From assembly GCA_942493095.1 (NCBI GenBank), contig OW818675.1:2940001-2972000 (forward strand): 32,000 bases of DNA, read 5' to 3'. The DNA comes from Candidatus Electronema halotolerans. GTDB taxonomy: Bacteria; Desulfobacterota; Desulfobulbia; Desulfobulbales; Desulfobulbaceae. The stretch's first letter is position 1, and each line of letters starts with the position of its first letter. A program made the position numbers and the translations under genes. This document shows, one piece after another, positions 17,917 to 26,055 of this stretch. The notes under the pieces were generated by a model. It saw nothing but the letters and a program-made list of their open reading frames with translations, was not told the DNA's origin and did no database searches.

Positions 17917-19196
17917 CAGTAGTGTCCGGTTAGGTTTTTGCATAAAATTTTACGCTGGATGTCGTGGAGTAAGTTCCGCTGTTATTTCGTCCAGCCGCCA
18001 TTAATTCATTCTGAATATTTGACCGTATCAGTCTGATATTTTGAACAGAAACTTGTTCATTGAAGTTTTTCCGGCAATACATTGCCATTAACAGGTATGT
18101 GATCAATCCGCCGAGCATCTGAACAGTGAGACCGTATCTGCTTCGGGCAATCAGATGATAAACATGCAGATGCTGTTTCCACCAATTGAAAAACGTTTCG
18201 ATATTCCAGCGCAGCTTATAAATTTCCGCAACCTGTTCCGCTGTCAGATCAAACCTGTTCGTTGCGACATAATATTTTACTCCTTCAACCAGATACCCGA
18301 TGACCCGAACCGGCAACTCGGTCCGATTTTTTGCCGTGCCGAGATGCGCCGATGAATCTTGAAAGACATTGCTGCCCGGTTTGACGCAATTTTCTTTGAT
18401 AATACTCTTTATTGTGCAGGCTTTGATGCGGCAGACAAAATTTTTTCCCGCTTTTTGAAGCGAATCGAACAGAATATGAGATTGATACCCCCTGTCCATC
18501 ACTCCTGTCTGCCCTGCGGCGAGAATTTGCTCGACAAAAGGACGCTCTCCCGCCTTGCCTTCAGTCAAATGGAATCCGGTCGGAATGCCCCGGTTGATAT
18601 CGAACCCGAAATGACCCTTGGCTTTCTTGGATTTTTTCCTGTAATCAGCCCAGTGCATGGAAAGAACCGTATCAATCAGCGAGCCGTCGATTGCGACAAG
18701 CTCGCCGAGTGCCTGAAAGTCAGCCGGAAGCGTTGCGCGGGCCTGCTTTGAGAGTTCATTGAAAACATGCTGAAGCTGCTCAAGTCCCCGATTATTAACA
18801 GCTTCTGAAAAACTGCTCCGGCTGATGCCTCCATCCGGCGCAATGAATTCCTTCGCAAAGTCATTCCTGTTGAGATCGGAAACAAGATGCCGCGCCGAAT
18901 CATGCTCCTGCAAATGAAACCAGATCAGGGCATTGAGCTGATGCTCGAACGTCATTTGCAAAGGCCGGTCTCCCCGTGACTTCAACACAGGAGTGCTGCG
19001 CAAAATATCGCGCAGAGGCAGACAGAACTCATCATACGTTCGGGACGTGATTTTTTTCTTCACAACAAGCGGCTTCACTAGGCATCTCCCTGTTATTGTT
19101 GATTACAGGAAGATAATGAAACCTCACGGTCACGCTGTCAAGCGGACAGTCTGTTGTTCACAGATTCGCTTGCAAAAAACTAACCAGACACTGCTG
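17917..19196 (-). mobile_element. IS4-family insertion sequence, about 1280 bp
   Basis: Ends CAGTAGTGTCCGGTTAGGTTTTTGCA and CAGCAGTGTCTGGTTAGTTTTTTGCA (inverted, 23/26 match), flanked by 9-bp direct duplication caaaaaaat; carries one transposase gene. Left-end coordinate anchored to the ORF-track frame. Confidence 0.93.
17930..19078 (-). CDS. IS4-family transposase
   Basis: DDE transposase with exact IS4 YREK signature YKLRWNIETFFNWWK (Y-x2-R-x3-E-x6-K), plus GELVAIDGSLID and GVMDRGYQS. Confidence 0.95.
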   Translation of the reverse strand: MKPLVVKKKITSRTYDEFCLPLRDILRSTPVLKSRGDRPLQMTFEHQLNALIWFHLQEHDSARHLVSDLNRNDFAKEFIAPDGGISRSSFSEAVNNRGLEQLQHVFNELSKQARATLPADFQALGELVAIDGSLIDTVLSMHWADYRKKSKKAKGHFGFDINRGIPTGFHLTEGKAGERPFVEQILAAGQTGVMDRGYQSHILFDSLQKAGKNFVCRIKACTIKSIIKENCVKPGSNVFQDSSAHLGTAKNRTELPVRVIGYLVEGVKYYVATNRFDLTAEQVAEIYKLRWNIETFFNWWKQHLHVYHLIARSRYGLTVQMLGGLITYLLMAMYCRKNFNEQVSVQNIRLIRSNIQNELMAAGRNNSGTYSTTSSVKFYAKT

Positions 19197-19205
19197 CAAA
19201 AAAAT
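19197..19205. repeat. Target site duplication, right copy (caaaaaaat)
   Basis: Nine bases abutting the right IS end, identical to 17908-17916. Confidence 0.85.
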
Positions 19206-20367
19206 AGGCACTGCCGCTGAGATCGCTGCCATCCTCGCCCAGCAGGCCGGAGCATTCCAGCACTGCGTCAATTTCCATGATCCCGGCTTCAGCCAAGGCG
19301 GGCCAGAGGTTATTGACCCGCTGTTGCGGCTTGGACTGGCTTTTGCCAATATGATAGGCTGAATACTTGGCCCGGCGAATGAAAAGAACGTTGTCCTTCA
19401 GATTGTTGCCAAGACTGTCTTTGAGATCATACCGCATCCGCAGCATGGAGGAAATCGGGGTGAAGGTGGTGGCTGCGGCATAGGCCGCTTGGAGAGCCTT
19501 GGCCTTGTCTTCATCCTCAATCAGATTCCAGAGGCCCTCGACTTCCAGCTCAATGACCTGCGGATTTTCGGTGATCGAGTTCACCCATTCATTGTACTTT
19601 GCCTCATCCAAGCTGCTGAGAGCGGCGAGCAGCAGTTCATTGCCGCCCTTGCCAGAGACCACGCATTCAGAATTGTCTTGCAGCTGCTCCTTTTTCTCCT
19701 GCGCCTGACTGCTGGCGCTGCCGCTGCCCGCCGCTCCGTAGCTGGCGGAAAGACCGGCCTGAATGTCCGCCTTGGACATGTTGGCTGATTTGGCGATGGT
19801 GAAGGACAAATCCGCCTTGCCGCCCACCCAGACCCTTTTGATGTAATGAGTGCCGTGCTTGGCGAAAAAGGCATCAAAGGCCCGCCGCTTGTCCGGGCTG
19901 TACGGGGCCGGGATGTCGTCTTCCAGCTCTTTGAACGGCGCGCCGACACTGCTGGGCAGAAAGATGGTCCACAGGGGAATGAAGGAGCTGCGCAGGGCAT
20001 AATAGGCCTCCTCATCGCTGCGCACCTGATTGGAGCTGCTGAGATTGGCGCTGATGCTGAACACGCCCGTGCCGACAGCCACGTTGGCATCCAAGGAGGT
20101 TGACTTGTCAAAGCGTTCAAACGACTCCTCAATCATCACCTGATTGAGTGCCCTGTTGGCGGGCATGGGCGGATTTTCATTCACCTCATAGCCTTCTGGG
20201 AGCAGATAGGTCTGCTTGGTCTCCACAGAATAATAGCTGCGGAACTTGTCCCGCGCAAACAGCACGCCGCGCAGCTGATAGGGCTGATACGGCATCAGGG
20301 CGATGCCCCGGCCTGCCAGATTGGAACCGGGCATGGGCAGGGCGGCCTGCTTATTGTCTTTGTTCAT
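19197..20367 (-). pseudogene. 5' part of an IS-interrupted MACPF-hemopexin gene (MACPF domain and first hemopexin-like blade)
   Basis: ORF 19180..20478, start chosen at MNKDNKQAALPMPG (20367). MACPF-type signature FFAKHGTHYIKRVWVGGKADLSF. C-term NVLFIRRAKYSAYHIG...LWPAL...MEIDAVL...GSAYFF leads into the IS junction. Confidence 0.85.
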
Positions 20368-20415
20368 GGCAAAGGAATGGTGAAATGCAGACAGATAAAA
20401 AGAGGAAATATAAAT

Positions 20416-20444
20416 TATATACGTGATTTCCCCTCTCCTGTCAA
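20416..20444 (-). promoter_or_regulatory. Putative sigma70 promoter for the MACPF-hemopexin gene
   Basis: Minus strand TTGACA, 17-nt spacer, TATATA(AT), about 50 bp upstream of the chosen ATG. Confidence 0.65.
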
Positions 20445-20587
20445 GCAGCCTGGCAGCCTGTTGTTTTTTCCTGACCATCGGCCATGCGGAACAGTTTCCT
20501 ATCTTCTGTGTCTATGATACTATAAGAACAAGCTGCGCCAGCCGTCTGCTGGTGTTTTCATCCTTATGCAAACCTGCACAATCCGCC

Positions 20588-22192
20588 ATGCCGCATCCTT
20601 TGCAACGCGCCGCGCTGCTGGCCCTGTTCCTCCTCCTGATGACTGCCCCGGTCAGGGCGGCTGAATTCCTCCTCTTTTACAGCAATGATGTGCGCGGGGA
20701 GACTGAACCCTGCGGGTGCAGTGCCAAGCAGCGCGGCGGCATGTCCCGCAAAGCCGCCCAGATCAGCCAGATTGCCGCAGCAGAGCAGCTGCCCTTTCTG
20801 TATTTGGACAGCGGCGGACTGCTCTTCAAAGAAACCCGGCTGCCAGCTGGGCAGGAGGAGCAGGCCAAGATCGCTGCGCAAGGCCTTGCTGCGGCCATGC
20901 AGGTCATGCGCTGTCAAGCGGCTGGAGTCGGGGCGCATGACTTGGCAGGCGGAGTGGAGCTGCTCAGACAGTTCCAGGACACAGGCCAGCTCACGTGGCT
21001 GTCCATGAATCTTGTTGACCGCCAGCAGAACCAGCCAGTTTTCACCCCGTGGCTGCTTACCAAGACTGCCGGGCTGTCTGTGGCCGTGCTCGGCCTCACC
21101 AATGAGAAAACCCGGCTGGCCCCTGCTGATCAAGAACATTATGCCCTGCTGCCGTGGGAGCAGACCCTGCCCAAGGCACTTGCCCAAGTGCGGGACAAGG
21201 CGGACATGATCATTCTTCTGTCAAGCTGCCCTGAGACGGTGAATAAGAAGATTGCCAAGGCGCATCCTGAGATCAATCTGCTGCTCCACTCTGGCCCGGG
21301 TGCGGCCACAGCCTATCCGGTCATGGTCAATCAGACTGTCTTTGCCCAGACCGGGCCGCGTGGCAAGAGTCTGGGACTGCTGCGCATAGTCTGGACTGCG
21401 GCGGGCAAATGGGATCAGCAGGACCTGAGCGCGATCCGCATGGAGCAGAGCCGTTTGGACCGGATTATTCTCCAGATGAGCCGCTTTCGGGAGAAGCACG
21501 AAAATTGGGACCTGAGCAGGGACAAGGACTGGCAGCTGCTGCTGGCTGACAAGCAGGCGGCAAAGAACAGAATCAACACCATGCTGCGGCAGCAGAAGCC
21601 GCCGGACAAAAGCCTGTCCCGCTTTACGGCCCGCTTCATCCCCCTTGAATCGGAACTGCCTGAAGACCCGGCAGTGCTGGCCATTATGGACAGAACCGCG
21701 CAGCGCATCAACGCCTTCAGCAAGGCCGAAAAAGCAGACCAGCCGACAACAGCGGCAGATGCTCTGCGCAGTCTGGCGGGCTGGCAGAGCTGCGCTGACT
21801 GTCATGCGGCGCAGGCGGCTTTCTGGCAGCAGACCGGCCATGCCCGGAGCATGGCGGCCTTGGAGGCAAAAAAGCAGCAGTTCAACCCGGACTGCGTGGT
21901 CTGCCATGTCACCCTGCCTGACCCGGCAGGAGCAGCTGAAATCAAGGAAAACAAACTGCTGCTCCGGCTGCCGGAGCAGTTCCGCCGGGTGAGCTGCGAA
22001 AGCTGCCACGGGCCTGCTGCCGCCCATGATGCGGATCCGACCGAAACCCCGGTGCCGCACCGCCAGCCGGGTGAGCAGGTCTGCAAAACCTGCCATCAGC
22101 CGGAGCATGACAGTCATTTTGTCTTTGCGGAAAAAGAAAAGCGGATTCGCTGCCCAGACTCGGCAGTTGAATTGCCGCCTGAGACGCGATAG
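20588..22192 (+). CDS. Secreted metallophosphatase-like domain fused to multiheme cytochrome c domain
   Basis: Signal peptide, FYSNDVRGETEPCGCSAKQRGGMSRKAAQI (5'-nucleotidase/UshA-like N-terminal pattern), C-terminal CADCH, CVVCH, CESCH, CKTCH motifs. Confidence 0.8.
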   Translation: MPHPLQRAALLALFLLLMTAPVRAAEFLLFYSNDVRGETEPCGCSAKQRGGMSRKAAQISQIAAAEQLPFLYLDSGGLLFKETRLPAGQEEQAKIAAQGLAAAMQVMRCQAAGVGAHDLAGGVELLRQFQDTGQLTWLSMNLVDRQQNQPVFTPWLLTKTAGLSVAVLGLTNEKTRLAPADQEHYALLPWEQTLPKALAQVRDKADMIILLSSCPETVNKKIAKAHPEINLLLHSGPGAATAYPVMVNQTVFAQTGPRGKSLGLLRIVWTAAGKWDQQDLSAIRMEQSRLDRIILQMSRFREKHENWDLSRDKDWQLLLADKQAAKNRINTMLRQQKPPDKSLSRFTARFIPLESELPEDPAVLAIMDRTAQRINAFSKAEKADQPTTAADALRSLAGWQSCADCHAAQAAFWQQTGHARSMAALEAKKQQFNPDCVVCHVTLPDPAGAAEIKENKLLLRLPEQFRRVSCESCHGPAAAHDADPTETPVPHRQPGEQVCKTCHQPEHDSHFVFAEKEKRIRCPDSAVELPPETR

Positions 22193-22234
22193 AATTTAAG
22201 AGGATGTTTTTTTCCTGCGCAGCAGGCAGGCAGC

Positions 22235-23605
22235 TTGAAAAAAAAGGAAGGGACCATGTATCATCAGTTTTCATCCATGCTGGCAGTGCTGCTGTTGGTC
22301 ATTGCCGCTGTCACCGTGCTGATCATGCTGGAAATGAACAGCAAGATGGAAATCAGAGAGCCGACGGACAACAGGAGCGCCTTCCGCAATGCGCTCGGCT
22401 CAGTCTTTCTTTTCCTTTTTGCCGGGCTGCTGGCCTATCTTATTTTCACTGCCGGAAGTTTTGAGGAGACCGTGGCTGCTGACTCGCCGCAGCTACTGTA
22501 CATCATCCTCGCCCTGCTCTTGGTGCCGCTGTTAGTCATCAGGGCGGTGATTGCCCGGCGCAAGGCGCAGATCAGCACTCGGCTCCTGCTTCTGGGGATT
22601 TCACTTTTTGCCCTTTCCTTTGGTCTGACCGGCATTGCAGCCAAGTATTACGCCCTGCATGAAGGCGGCCTGAGCGAGCTGCTCAACGCGGCGGACAGCA
22701 ATATTGTCAGCGTGGAAACCGGTCAGGCGGTGTTGAGCAAGAAATGCAGCAAATGCCACAGCCTTGAACGGGTTTACACCACCAGCACCACGGACTGGTC
22801 CGCCACAGTCACCAAAATGGCTGGTTTTGACCCCAACATCAGTGAATCAGACATCAAGCTGATCAGCGAATATCTGAATCAGCTCCGCAAAACCGTGCCG
22901 CAGCGCACGAGCGTGGAGCGGGGCCGGGACTTGGTCAACGTCAAATGCAACAAGTGTCACAGCTTGGACAAGGTCTTCAGTGTGGACATGACTCCAGACA
23001 GATGGGCTGAAACTGTTGAGTACATGATGAAAATCATGGGGCTGCCTGATTTCATCTCGGAACAGGAAAAAGAGGACATTATCGCCTTTCTTGCTGACCG
23101 GAAGCTAAAGCCGAGCAGCACCGTGACAACAGCAGGGGATATGTCTGACGATGAGATGAATGAGGCCCGAAGATTGGTGGCCCGCAAATGCAGTGCAGGC
23201 TGCCATGCCTTGGACCGGGTGCTGCGGAGCCGTTTTGAGAAAAGCCGCGAGCAGTGGGTGGAGACCATCAACAGCATGATCGAGATCACCGGTGATCCTG
23301 ATTTTCTTTCAGAGAAGGAGAGAAAAATTATTCTTGATTATCTCAGCCATCCCATGACTGAGGAGGAGAATGGGAACGGGCAGGCCAGCTCCTTCGGTGT
23401 GGCCCATCCGCTGGTGTCCCGCAAATGCGGAGCCTGCCATAATCTGGAGCGGGTGCAGAAGGCAACGAAAAGCAAAGAGGAATGGGCGACCACAGTCAAA
23501 AACATGGCTGCCCGTGCTGATCAGGACAGCACAGGTGATTTCCTCTCCAAAAAAGATCAGGAGGATATTGTCACCATCATCAGCAGTTGGGAGGTGCAGA
23601 AATAA
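22235..23605 (+). CDS. Membrane-anchored multiheme c-type cytochrome with four repeated heme modules
   Basis: Several N-terminal TM segments, then modules KKCSKCHSLERV, VKCNKCHSLDKV, RKCSAGCHALDRV (CX3CH), RKCGACHNLERV. Start could be 22235 or the internal Met at 22256. Confidence 0.85.
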   Translation: MKKKEGTMYHQFSSMLAVLLLVIAAVTVLIMLEMNSKMEIREPTDNRSAFRNALGSVFLFLFAGLLAYLIFTAGSFEETVAADSPQLLYIILALLLVPLLVIRAVIARRKAQISTRLLLLGISLFALSFGLTGIAAKYYALHEGGLSELLNAADSNIVSVETGQAVLSKKCSKCHSLERVYTTSTTDWSATVTKMAGFDPNISESDIKLISEYLNQLRKTVPQRTSVERGRDLVNVKCNKCHSLDKVFSVDMTPDRWAETVEYMMKIMGLPDFISEQEKEDIIAFLADRKLKPSSTVTTAGDMSDDEMNEARRLVARKCSAGCHALDRVLRSRFEKSREQWVETINSMIEITGDPDFLSEKERKIILDYLSHPMTEEENGNGQASSFGVAHPLVSRKCGACHNLERVQKATKSKEEWATTVKNMAARADQDSTGDFLSKKDQEDIVTIISSWEVQK

Positions 23606-23688
23606 CAATAGATGCCTGAAGCATCAAATTTCTGAGGTTCCTCGTAGTCTCGGTGAACAGAGGCAGTCAGTTGATGACTGTTCAGGTC

Positions 23689-23847
23689 AAAAATGCGGTG
23701 CAGCAGGTTCGTAAATGGTGCAACGACTGCGGCCCATGTTTTATTCGTTCATGCGATGCGCGGGGTGCGTTCCCACGCTGGAGCGTGGAAACGAGGGGAA
23801 AAATGCGACGCAGCAGATTCGTGAATGAATGGTGTAACGGCTGCGGC
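23689..23847. repeat. Imperfect direct repeats (about 45 bp) flanking a palindromic element
   Basis: AAAAATGCGGTGCAGCAGGTTCGTAAATGGTGCAACGACTGCGGC (from 23689) and AAAAATGCGACGCAGCAGATTCGTGAATGAATGGTGTAACGGCTGCGGC (23799-23847). Between them is CGTTCCCACGCTGGAGCGTGGAAACGAG (23768-23795). Confidence 0.7.
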
Positions 23848-23894
23848 ATCTGGTTGCATTTCAAAGCTATAGCTTGGAAACGCAACCAAAATCT

Positions 23895-24644
23895 TTACAC
23901 CATCAGCATACCTCCACACACAGGAAGGTAATTCGCTGTGATAAAATCAGCATAATTACTCGCTAACAAGAGAATCGCTCCGGCAATATCTTCAGGTTGG
24001 GCGTTACGCCGTAACGGAGTCATCTCGGCCATCATCTGTTTCTGCTCATCAGGCAGAAAGTCTGTGGCATCAGTCATTGTAAGGCCGGGAGCAATGGAAT
24101 TCACGCGAATCCCGTGCGGCCCAAGCTCCAATGCCAGCGATTTGATAAATGCATCAAGGGCAGATTTGGCTGAACTGTGGGCACAAAATCCTTGGCTCGG
24201 AAACCGTGAAAGCGTGCTGGAAATGGAAATAATACAGCCCCGCTTCTGAGAAACCATTGACGGAACAACTTCTTGACAACAGAGAAAGGCAGCCTTTAAT
24301 TCCCCGCTCAGTTTTGTTTCAAAGTCCTTCCACGTGTAATCAAGAAAGGGAACAACTGGAAAACTTAATCCCGCATTGAGCACGAGCGTGTCAATTGCTC
24401 CGAACTTCTCTTGAACCTGCGTGATCATACGGTGAACGTGGTCGTTTTGTGTCACATCCGCCTGAACAGCCATTGCCGTGCCGCCAGCCTCTTGAATCTC
24501 ACGAACCACTGCCTGCGCAGCTTCTTCATTTTGCAGATAATTGACAGCAACTTGTGCGCCTTCTTTGGCAAACATTTTCGCTGTTGCCCTTCCAATTCCT
24601 CTGCTTGCACCAGTAACTAAGGCGACTCTTTCTTCTAATAACAT
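23895..24644 (-). CDS. Short-chain dehydrogenase/reductase family protein
   Basis: TGASRGIGRA cofactor motif, NAG, SISS; C-terminal IAPGLTMT...PEDIAGAILLLAS. Confidence 0.9.
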   Translation of the reverse strand: MLLEERVALVTGASRGIGRATAKMFAKEGAQVAVNYLQNEEAAQAVVREIQEAGGTAMAVQADVTQNDHVHRMITQVQEKFGAIDTLVLNAGLSFPVVPFLDYTWKDFETKLSGELKAAFLCCQEVVPSMVSQKRGCIISISSTLSRFPSQGFCAHSSAKSALDAFIKSLALELGPHGIRVNSIAPGLTMTDATDFLPDEQKQMMAEMTPLRRNAQPEDIAGAILLLASNYADFITANYLPVCGGMLMV

Positions 24645-24679
24645 ATATTGCCCTCCTTTTTTGCAGTTTGTTTATTTTT

Positions 24680-24710
24680 CGTTCCCATGCTGGAGCGCGG
24701 GAGAACGCCG
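24680..24710. repeat. Second, degenerate copy of the cgttcccaygctggagcg element
   Basis: CGTTCCCATGCTGGAGCGCGGGAGAACG compared with CGTTCCCACGCTGGAGCGTGGAAACG at 23768. Confidence 0.55.
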
Positions 24711-24713
24711 TTT

Positions 24714-24779
24714 TCATTTGTACACATCGCCCCGAAAGCCAATCACTTCAACAAAAACGGTCTTCTCTATCTCATACAT
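24714..24779 (-). pseudogene. Possible truncated toxin remnant (21 codons)
   Basis: ATG overlaps the antitoxin stop codon region; reads MYEIEKTVFVEVIGFRGDVYK* and then ends next to the repeat element. Confidence 0.3.
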
Positions 24780-24999
24780 TGCGCCGAATTGCTTTCAGAT
24801 TCACTGTCCTGTCACTGCGGATGTCCTCCTTTGCCTCGCGGTAATCCCGAATGAAACTGGCATCGCCAAGCAGAAGGGCTGTTTCCTCCTCGCTGCTGCG
24901 CTGCAAATCTTCCAGAAAAGCCACGACTGCGTCCAGTTTTTCTATCGGCATTGCCTCGATGACACTGTAAATTCTGCTTCTTGTCTCAATTGTGGCCAT
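24772..24999 (-). CDS. Type II antitoxin-like small protein
   Basis: 75 aa, MPIEKLDAVVAFLEDLQRSSEEETALLL...FIRDYREAKEDIRSDRTVNLKAIRRNV resembles antitoxins of RelE/ParE-type modules. Confidence 0.5.
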   Translation of the reverse strand: MATIETRSRIYSVIEAMPIEKLDAVVAFLEDLQRSSEEETALLLGDASFIRDYREAKEDIRSDRTVNLKAIRRNV

Positions 25000-25053
25000 T
25001 TTTTCACCTTATGCAGGACTTTGATTTAATTGAAGAGTTTTACTGAGGCAGAA

Positions 25054-26052
25054 CTATTCTTCTAAGCGATGTCCGCATTCTGGGCAGAATCCATCTGAAT
25101 TCTTACTGATGAGGTATTCACAATTGCCGCAAACACATAACCTTTCCTCTTTTCTATCACTGCTTTTCCCATCTATTTTTCCTTTTTTTTGTTCCTTACC
25201 GGGAACATTTCTTCTTTTTGAGAAATATCCTATTATCCCGAGAATACCTCCCATGATCGCGCCTAAAGTTCCTTTTACAAAAATTTTTTCCCAATCGAAA
25301 TCACCTTGGGAATGTTTGCTCTCTCTGGCAGCTATATCTCCTGTAGACGGATTTGCAGCGATAACAGCATCTGCCCATTTACTGGATTCGGTTCTGCACC
25401 AATCAAGTCCTGACTTTTCTGCATTAACATACAAAAATAGCACCTTACCCTGAACATGCACAAGAGTAGCTGTCACTATTCCCTCAAAAAAAGATGGTTT
25501 CCCTTCTTCGTCATTGATCTTGTATTTAACGAATGTCGAGTATGCCAGACTTCGTTCCGTTTCGGAATGTGACGGAAGGGGCAACGGTCGATCAATAGAA
25601 ATGCCTAAATCTACGTTGTAATCCATGGCGATACCTTTGTTAATTTTTTCTAACCAGTCAGGCATCTGTAGTTCTGCTTTCTTAAAAATGTCTTCGTTTT
25701 GCGTCTTTATCTTCCGCTTGAATTGTGCGAAGTCATTATTTGAGATGAACGGCTGTATAAGTGCCTTTGCAGTCTGAACAGAAAAATGTCGATGGGACTG
25801 TGGAATTTCACCACGGGCGGCTATGGCTGCATCCGCTTCCGGGAGAAATTTCGCAAATTGTTCATTCATTGGAGGCACAAACCGTTCGGTCAGTTTTACA
25901 TAAGGTTGCATGTCGCTTGTGATAAGCGAATAGCCGACAGGTGATGGAATTGATAAATTTGTAGTGCCTACAGATATTTCAACGGCCAATACAGATGACG
26001 GAATGAGGAACAGCAAGCTAAGGAGGATAAGTCTTTTCATAGTGTCAAACAA
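25054..26052 (-). CDS. Hypothetical secreted/membrane protein with C-terminal zinc ribbon
   Basis: Signal peptide, TM segment (TLGAIMGGILGIIGYF), then CVCGNCEYLISKNSDGFCPECGHRLEE. Confidence 0.65.
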   Translation of the reverse strand: MFDTMKRLILLSLLFLIPSSVLAVEISVGTTNLSIPSPVGYSLITSDMQPYVKLTERFVPPMNEQFAKFLPEADAAIAARGEIPQSHRHFSVQTAKALIQPFISNNDFAQFKRKIKTQNEDIFKKAELQMPDWLEKINKGIAMDYNVDLGISIDRPLPLPSHSETERSLAYSTFVKYKINDEEGKPSFFEGIVTATLVHVQGKVLFLYVNAEKSGLDWCRTESSKWADAVIAANPSTGDIAARESKHSQGDFDWEKIFVKGTLGAIMGGILGIIGYFSKRRNVPGKEQKKGKIDGKSSDRKEERLCVCGNCEYLISKNSDGFCPECGHRLEE

Positions 26053-26055
26053 TTT

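Noticed and set aside
17881-17940. Possible one-base coordinate offset when counting bases by eye around the left IS end
   Set aside because: The ORF-track translations on both strands (…ALQIHEHAAALVKKISSVRLGF… and MLMDLQSG…) fix the frame, so the IS left end is placed at 17917; I treat any mismatch as a manual counting error, with a tolerance of 1 bp.
21221-22117. 298-aa minus-strand ORF opposite the cytochrome fusion gene
   Set aside because: Antisense to a CDS with a signal peptide and four CXXCH motifs.
23689-23847. Possible CRISPR-like array
   Set aside because: Only two imperfect repeat copies, no regular spacers and no cas genes.
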